Assembly: GCA_902589115.1 (NCBI GenBank)
Contig: CACIRS010000002.1
Coordinates: 8,186 to 72,185 of the forward strand
DNA from: an uncultured Prochlorococcus sp.
GTDB taxonomy: Bacteria; Cyanobacteriota; Cyanobacteriia; PCC-6307; Cyanobiaceae
Direction: 5' to 3'
DNA length: 64,000 bases
Shown here: positions 58,762 to 64,000 of the stretch, one piece after another
Numbering within the stretch: the stretch's first letter is position 1
Layout: every line of letters begins with the position of its first letter
Translations under genes and position numbers: made by a program
The notes under the pieces: generated by a model
What the model saw: the letters and a program-made list of their open reading frames with translations, nothing else
Told to the model about the DNA's origin: nothing
Database searches by the model: none

Positions 58762-59415
58762 ATGAGTATCGGAATTATTGTTTTTCCAGGTTCTAATTGT
58801 GATAGGGATCTTAAATGGGCCATAGAAGGATGCTTGGGACTACCAACCAAATTTTTATGGCATGAAACTAGAGATTTATCCGGTCTCGATGCGATAGTTT
58901 TGCCAGGTGGCTTTAGTTATGGAGATTATCTTCGATGTGGCGCTATTGCTAGATTTGCTCCGGTTTTAGAATCAGTTTTAGAGTTTGTTAAACGCGGCGG
59001 AAGAGTTCTGGGAATATGTAATGGTTTTCAAGTTTTAACTGAACTTGGCTTATTGCCTGGAGCCTTGACTCGTAATAAAGATCTTCATTTCATATGTGAA
59101 CCTACTTCTTTAAAAGTGACTAGCAGTAAAAGTATTTGGTTCGAGAGTTATCAGAAGCACAAAATAATTACTTTACCCATTGCCCATGGCGAAGGACGTT
59201 TTCAGTGTGATGAAGATACACTTAAATATCTGCAAGATGAAGAATTGATTGCACTTCGCTACGCAAAAAATCCAAATGGATCTATAGATAATATTGCAGG
59301 AATAACTAGTGCTGACGGAAATGTTTTGGGTTTGATGCCCCATCCAGAAAGGGCTTGTGACCCTCTATTAGGTGGAGAAGATGGAAGATTTATTCTTCAG
59401 GCACTATTAGGCTAA
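58762..59415 (+). CDS. purQ: phosphoribosylformylglycinamidine synthase glutaminase subunit PurQ
   Basis: FPGSNCDRD, catalytic Cys GICNGFQ, MPHPER. Confidence 0.9.
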   Translation: MSIGIIVFPGSNCDRDLKWAIEGCLGLPTKFLWHETRDLSGLDAIVLPGGFSYGDYLRCGAIARFAPVLESVLEFVKRGGRVLGICNGFQVLTELGLLPGALTRNKDLHFICEPTSLKVTSSKSIWFESYQKHKIITLPIAHGEGRFQCDEDTLKYLQDEELIALRYAKNPNGSIDNIAGITSADGNVLGLMPHPERACDPLLGGEDGRFILQALLG

Positions 59416-59458
59416 TTTCTTTAGGCTTATTAGATTAGTTATTCAACTTACTTCCTAA

Positions 59459-59506
59459 TTAATAAGTAGATGAAAAGAATTTAAATTCTTTTCATCTACT
59501 TATTAA
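59459..59506. terminator. 48-nt perfect palindrome between convergent purQ and cbbA (candidate bidirectional terminator)
   Basis: ttaataagtagatgaaaagaattt|aaattcttttcatctacttattaa is exactly self-complementary over 48 nt. Confidence 0.5.
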
Positions 59507-59520
59507 GAAATAAGTTCTTT

Positions 59521-60594
59521 CTAGGCAGTTATCGCAGTCTTTGGATCAAGAGAACCCTTTGTATAAAGATCAGCATAGTAATTAATACTTTGCTGTTTGA
59601 TTTTGCTTGCTTGTCCTGCACACCAGAATTGTTGATAGCGATCAAGACAAACTTGCTTCATATATTTACGAGCAGGCTTGTTGAAGTGACGTGGGTCAAA
59701 ATTAGTCGGATCACTTGAAGCCGCTTCTCTTACTGCAGCTGTAAACGCAAGTCTGTTATCAGTATCAATATTTACTTTGCGCACACCATTGCGAATTCCT
59801 TCCTGGATTTCTTCTACTGGTACTCCATAAGTTTCCGGAATAGCACCGCCAAACTTATTGATCATGTCAAGCCATTCTTGTGGAACAGAGCTAGAACCAT
59901 GCATAACCAAATGGGTATTAGGAATAGCTTTATGAATTTCTGCAATTCGGCTTATTGCTAGTACTTCTCCAGTTGGTTTCCTAGTGAATTTATATGCTCC
60001 ATGACTTGTTCCTATTGCTATTGCAAGTGCATCTACCTTGGTTTTGGCTACAAAGTCAGCTGCCTCTGCAGGATCAGTAAGCAACATGTCTTTAGATAAT
60101 TCACCTTCAAATCCATGCCCATCTTCAGCTTCTCCTTTTCCTGTTTCTAAAGAGCCAAGACATCCAAGTTCACCTTCTACGCTCACACCAACAGAATGAG
60201 CAAAATCAACAACTGTCTTTGTGACATTTACGTTGTAGTCATAGCTCGCTGGTGTTTTTGCATCAGCTTCTAAAGATCCATCCATCATTACCGAAGTAAA
60301 GCCATTAATTGCAGCGGAATAACAGGTTGATGGATCATTTCCATGATCTTGATGCATAACAACTGGAATATTGGGATAAGTTTCAGTTGCTGCAATTATT
60401 AGGTGTCTTAGGAAGATCTCTCCCGCATAGCTTCTGGCACCTCTAGATGCCTGAAGAATTACCGGGCTGTCAGTTTCTGAAGCAGCCTCCATAATTGCTT
60501 GAACTTGTTCAAGATTATTGACGTTGAATGCTGGAATCCCATAGCCATTTTCGGCTGCATGGTCAAGGAGAAGTCTTAGAGGAACTAGGGCCAT
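59521..60594 (-). CDS. cbbA: class II fructose-1,6-/sedoheptulose-1,7-bisphosphate aldolase
   Basis: 357 aa. [31 protein letters not shown]. Confidence 0.95.
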   Translation of the reverse strand: MALVPLRLLLDHAAENGYGIPAFNVNNLEQVQAIMEAASETDSPVILQASRGARSYAGEIFLRHLIIAATETYPNIPVVMHQDHGNDPSTCYSAAINGFTSVMMDGSLEADAKTPASYDYNVNVTKTVVDFAHSVGVSVEGELGCLGSLETGKGEAEDGHGFEGELSKDMLLTDPAEAADFVAKTKVDALAIAIGTSHGAYKFTRKPTGEVLAISRIAEIHKAIPNTHLVMHGSSSVPQEWLDMINKFGGAIPETYGVPVEEIQEGIRNGVRKVNIDTDNRLAFTAAVREAASSDPTNFDPRHFNKPARKYMKQVCLDRYQQFWCAGQASKIKQQSINYYADLYTKGSLDPKTAITA

Positions 60595-60627
60595 TGATTT
60601 ACGAAGTATCAGAAGGACCCAGTTCTT

Positions 60628-60663
60628 TTATAAAGTCCTGAGCCTGGGCCCAGGACTTTATAA
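60628..60663 (-). other. 13-bp perfect hairpin between fda and cbbA, 34 nt upstream of the cbbA ATG
   Basis: ttataaagtcctg (60628-40) pairs with caggactttataa (60651-63), with GC-rich 10-nt loop agcctgggcc. An upstream aggac (60614-18) could compete for gtcct. Confidence 0.35.
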
Positions 60664-60770
60664 GATTAAGGTAAGAAATGTCACGTATTTATGACGCATC
60701 AGTTTCGTATTGAAGTCACGCGTTTTTCAAAACGACATTCTAAATGGGCTGTTTTATTCAATTTTGGTTG

Positions 60771-61838
60771 TTAGTAAGAGTAACCAGCCACGAATAAAGC
60801 TTCATCTGATGATGGTTGAGATCCTGCAACATAAATTCCCTTAGAAGCTTCGGAATTTGCTTGTGCTCTTGCTAACAAGGCTTTCTGACCTTCTTCCAGA
60901 TTGGTACCTTTCCAAGCTTTTAGGCATGAGTGTTGCAAAGCTCTTCCATATGAGAAGCCAACATTCCAATTTCCTTTCCTTTCAAGCTTGTTCATCAGAT
61001 TTAAGTAGATCGAAGCAGCTTCTTCACTAAGACCACCGGACAAGAAAACAATACCTGGCACGCTAGCTGGTACAGATCTCTCCATCGTTCTGATTGTCAT
61101 TTGAGCTACTTCTTCTGGCTTTGCTTTAGTTGCACAATTAGCTCCTTGAACCGTCATTGAAGGTTTTAAGAGTGTTCCCTCAAGAAGTACTCCATTTAAT
61201 TGACATGCCATATAAACCTGCTTAATTACTTCTTCCTGAACTTCAGCCGTTTTCTTTATATCGTGTGAGCCATCCATCAATATTTCAGGCTCAATTATTG
61301 GTACAAGTCCAGACTCTTGGACAGATCTTGCATATCTAGCTAAGCCCCAAGCATTCTCTTGAATTGAAAGGTTTGTCGGACATCCATCTTCTGTTATTTG
61401 AAGAACTGCTCTCCATTTAGCAAATCTTGCTCCTTGTGTGTAATAGTCAGCCGCCCTGGCAACTAATCCGTCTAAACCAGAACATAAAGTTTCAACATTC
61501 TTAGCTCCCGGTAGGGGTTGCAAACCTTTATCAACTTTGATTCCTGGAATTATTCCTAGGGTTTCTAGTTTTTTAACCATTGGCTCACCATCTGGGTGAT
61601 TTTGAAAAAGTGTTTCTTCAAAAAGAATTGCTCCGCTAATAAATTCACCTAGGCCTTTCGCCGTAAAAAGCATTCCTCTATAGGCTTTACGATTTGCCTC
61701 TGTATTTTCAACATTTATTGAGGCAAGTCTTTTACCAACTGTTTTAGTTGACTCATCAACAGCAAGAATACCTTTGCCATTTTGAGCTAGTGCTTTGGCT
61801 GTTTTCTTTAGTTCCTCTGCGTAATACTTGAGAGTCAT
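60771..61838 (-). CDS. fda: class I (Schiff-base) fructose-bisphosphate aldolase
   Basis: 355 aa. GILAVDES, and Schiff-base lysine context LEGTLLKPSMT as in animal/plant class I aldolases. Confidence 0.9.
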   Translation of the reverse strand: MTLKYYAEELKKTAKALAQNGKGILAVDESTKTVGKRLASINVENTEANRKAYRGMLFTAKGLGEFISGAILFEETLFQNHPDGEPMVKKLETLGIIPGIKVDKGLQPLPGAKNVETLCSGLDGLVARAADYYTQGARFAKWRAVLQITEDGCPTNLSIQENAWGLARYARSVQESGLVPIIEPEILMDGSHDIKKTAEVQEEVIKQVYMACQLNGVLLEGTLLKPSMTVQGANCATKAKPEEVAQMTIRTMERSVPASVPGIVFLSGGLSEEAASIYLNLMNKLERKGNWNVGFSYGRALQHSCLKAWKGTNLEEGQKALLARAQANSEASKGIYVAGSQPSSDEALFVAGYSY

Positions 61839-62009
61839 ACCTTCTGTGAAAAATTCAGGTAGATTTTTTCAGGCTGAATTCATATCTTCTCCACTTCATA
61901 TACGATCTTGAGTAGCAAAAAGCACTTATTGCTGATTAAAAGGATTCTTTGAGCTTGTTTGTTTGCTAAATTAATATTATTTGTCGTAGGAGCTATACAA
62001 AATATTGAA

Positions 62010-63122
62010 TTAATTGATAAGAATTCTTTGAGAACTATTGGCTGAATCTTTAATTGCATCACATACCTTCTGGCTTTCAAGACCTTCAGCTAATCCTGGA
62101 ATAATTGGACTATTATTTCGGATACTTTCACTCCACCAACTTTGAATTCTTGCTACAGGAGCAATACGACCATCTTCCCAAGTTTTTGAAAAATTTAGTT
62201 CTTTTTCTGGAGTAATAGATTTGAGAGATTGTCCTTTTGATCCATACCATAATCCAAAACCATGTACATAATCTTTTTGATTTGGACTTCCTAAAATGAG
62301 TGTTCCATTGCTCCCATATATTTCTAGCCAGAAACCTCTTCCTTCTAAAGAAACTGCAGATAATGTTACTTGTGCTGGAACTATATTCTGTTGATTATTT
62401 ACAAGCTCAAGCTGCGCAAGACAAATGTCTTCACTTGTTACTTCTCTAATACTATTATCAGCAAGATATGGCCTTTTTTTTATCGCAGTTGATAGTAATG
62501 AATTTACACTAAAAGTCTTTCCAATTAGCCAATGAAGCAAATCAAATGCATGTGTGCCTAAAGCACCTATTACACCCCCACCTTCTTCGGCTCGAGAATA
62601 CCAATTCCATTCCCGAGAGGTATTAGCTCGACTACTCATTAGCCAATCAAGCTTGATTAACCAAGGCTCGCCTATTAATCCCTCAGTTTCAATTATTTTC
62701 TTGGCTTGCATAAATAAAGGAACTGCTCTGTATTCAAAATCTACCGATACGGAAAGTCGTTTTTGAAGAGCTATTTTTTGGAGTATAGCTATTTCATTAG
62801 AATCTAATCCAACTGGCTTCTCTAATAATAAATGTTTTCCAGCTTCAAGGGCTGATAAAGCTAATTTAAACCTAGGCTTAGGGGGAGTAGCAATAATTAA
62901 TGCTTCTAGTTCTTTGTCATTTAACAATAAGTCCCAATCATTATATCCTTTAAGATTTTTATTTTTAATTGAATCATTAAGTTTATCTAAACGATGATGC
63001 CAAAGGGCTACGGGTTCAAAATTTGGATTGTTCTTTAGTGCTTCAAGGTGAACTTTTTCTCCAAACCCTAGTCCAGCTATTCCAATACCTATTTTTCTGT
63101 TTGGATTTAATTTGTTGTTCAT
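62010..63122 (-). CDS. Gfo/Idh/MocA-family NAD(P)-dependent oxidoreductase
   Basis: N-terminal Rossmann IGIGIAGLGFGEKVH, and EKP motif (LLEKPVG). 370 aa. Confidence 0.8.
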   Translation of the reverse strand: MNNKLNPNRKIGIGIAGLGFGEKVHLEALKNNPNFEPVALWHHRLDKLNDSIKNKNLKGYNDWDLLLNDKELEALIIATPPKPRFKLALSALEAGKHLLLEKPVGLDSNEIAILQKIALQKRLSVSVDFEYRAVPLFMQAKKIIETEGLIGEPWLIKLDWLMSSRANTSREWNWYSRAEEGGGVIGALGTHAFDLLHWLIGKTFSVNSLLSTAIKKRPYLADNSIREVTSEDICLAQLELVNNQQNIVPAQVTLSAVSLEGRGFWLEIYGSNGTLILGSPNQKDYVHGFGLWYGSKGQSLKSITPEKELNFSKTWEDGRIAPVARIQSWWSESIRNNSPIIPGLAEGLESQKVCDAIKDSANSSQRILIN

Positions 63123-63125
63123 GAC

Positions 63126-63521
63126 TTAATAACCTGATCCATATTGACATACTTGCTGGATTACTTCGTTAATTAACTTATCACCTTGAGAGGACTTCCA
63201 GTCCTTTTTAAATTTAGGTATACCGTTTTCCGAAACATCTCTAAAGTAATTCTTTTCACAGTCAATATCCATAACATATAGGATTGGATTACTTTTTTCA
63301 TTAAGATCTGATTTGGCTTGTTTATATTTAGTAAGTACTCTTAATTTATTATTTTTCTCTCTTACACTACCCATATCCCACCACTGGTTACCTTCTTTTG
63401 TAGGTGGGACTTCAATCCATTGAACTGGTCCAGCATATACTTCTTCTGTGGATCCATGGAAAATAAGTATTACACAAATTATTGAGAAGATTCTAATCAT
63501 TAATGATCTTGGAAAATTCAT
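63126..63521 (-). CDS. hypothetical exported protein, 131 aa
   Basis: Signal peptide (MIRIFSIICVILIFHG). 3 nt upstream of the oxidoreductase gene. Two Cys residues. No family recognised. Confidence 0.5.
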   Translation of the reverse strand: MNFPRSLMIRIFSIICVILIFHGSTEEVYAGPVQWIEVPPTKEGNQWWDMGSVREKNNKLRVLTKYKQAKSDLNEKSNPILYVMDIDCEKNYFRDVSENGIPKFKKDWKSSQGDKLINEVIQQVCQYGSGY

Positions 63522-63535
63522 TTCTATCTTCCTTT

Positions 63536-64000
63536 TTACTTTAAGGGCTCACTTCCATGAAGTCTTAACAAGCTACTTAATGTTTTTCTTAATTGTGTTC
63601 TAGGCACAATTGTGTCAACAAAACCATGCTCTTGAAGGTATTCTGCTGTTTGAAAGTTTTCTGGAAGTTTTTCTCTAAGAGTTTGTTCTATCACTCTTCT
63701 TCCAGCAAATCCTATTAAAGCTTTTGGTTCAGCCAGAATAAGATCTCCAAGCATTGCAAAGCTTGCAGTTACACCACCGGTAGTTGGATGAGTAAGTAGA
63801 GGCATATATAGCAGTTCAGCTTCTCTATGCCTTTCTAATGCTCCTGAGATTTTTGCCATCTGCATCAAACTCAGCATTCCTTCTTGCATTCGTGCTCCTC
63901 CCGAAGCACAAACAATTAATAAAGGTAATTCCTTGTTAGTTGCATGTTCAATAAGACGAGTTATTTTTTCTCCTACAACAGAACCCATAGAACCTCCCAT
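63536..64000 (-). CDS. accD: acetyl-CoA carboxylase carboxyltransferase beta subunit (3' part; N-terminus beyond window)
   Basis: [38 protein letters not shown]. The ORF runs off the window edge. Confidence 0.9.
   Translation of the reverse strand: MGGSMGSVVGEKITRLIEHATNKELPLLIVCASGGARMQEGMLSLMQMAKISGALERHREAELLYMPLLTHPTTGGVTASFAMLGDLILAEPKALIGFAGRRVIEQTLREKLPENFQTAEYLQEHGFVDTIVPRTQLRKTLSSLLRLHGSEPLK

Noticed and set aside
61880-62080. 66-aa minus-strand ORF between fda and the oxidoreductase gene
   Set aside because: It overlaps the 3' end of the oxidoreductase CDS in another frame. Its Ile/Leu/Lys/Asn composition is expected from AT-rich non-coding DNA.
1-64000. Search for tRNA, rRNA, CRISPR repeats, IS/transposase, integrase, phage or toxin-antitoxin/defence genes, or a genomic island
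   Set aside because: No T-loop (GGTTCGAATCC-like) sequences turned up in any spacer over 100 bp. There are no regularly spaced repeats and no ORF with recombinase, nuclease or defence signatures. Gene content is uniformly housekeeping with homogeneous composition by eye. A composition or k-mer scan was not possible here.

Overview
This is an AT-rich (mid-30s %GC by eye), tightly packed chromosomal segment that is roughly 90% coding, with many ATGA or TAATG stop/start overlaps. Gene content points to the core genome of a marine picocyanobacterium, most likely Prochlorococcus of a low-light-type GC class; the strain call is inference only. The diagnostic genes are psb28, a GUN4-domain gene, pcyA, chlP, ccsA, glnA with a perfect NtcA box, ferredoxin-sulfite reductase, rpe, glpX, glgC, gnd, pgl, tandem class II and class I aldolases, devBCA-like exporter genes and an lpt operon. 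I call about 70 CDS. I found no rRNA, tRNA, CRISPR array, transposase, integrase, phage or recognisable defence genes, and no obvious accessory island, so I cannot honestly point to a clear novel multi-gene system. The items most worth a second look are: (1) two interleaved perfect complementarities in the rpsB-tsf leader, suggesting a pseudoknot or switch; (2) a Upp homolog whose PRPP and uracil motifs are all degenerate; (3) a pcyA-devBCA, basic micro-protein and GT2 neighbourhood; (4) an untracked 58-aa protein with two CxxCxGxG zinc-finger motifs upstream of purS; (5) an orphan PLP decarboxylase coupled by TAATG to a small membrane ORF that overlaps a membrane GTPase antisense by 128 nt; (6) structured or repeat-bearing spacers (recG-ddpX, rpe-glpX, fda-cbbA, purQ-cbbA). 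All family assignments come from motif recognition by eye. No searches or RNA folding were run.
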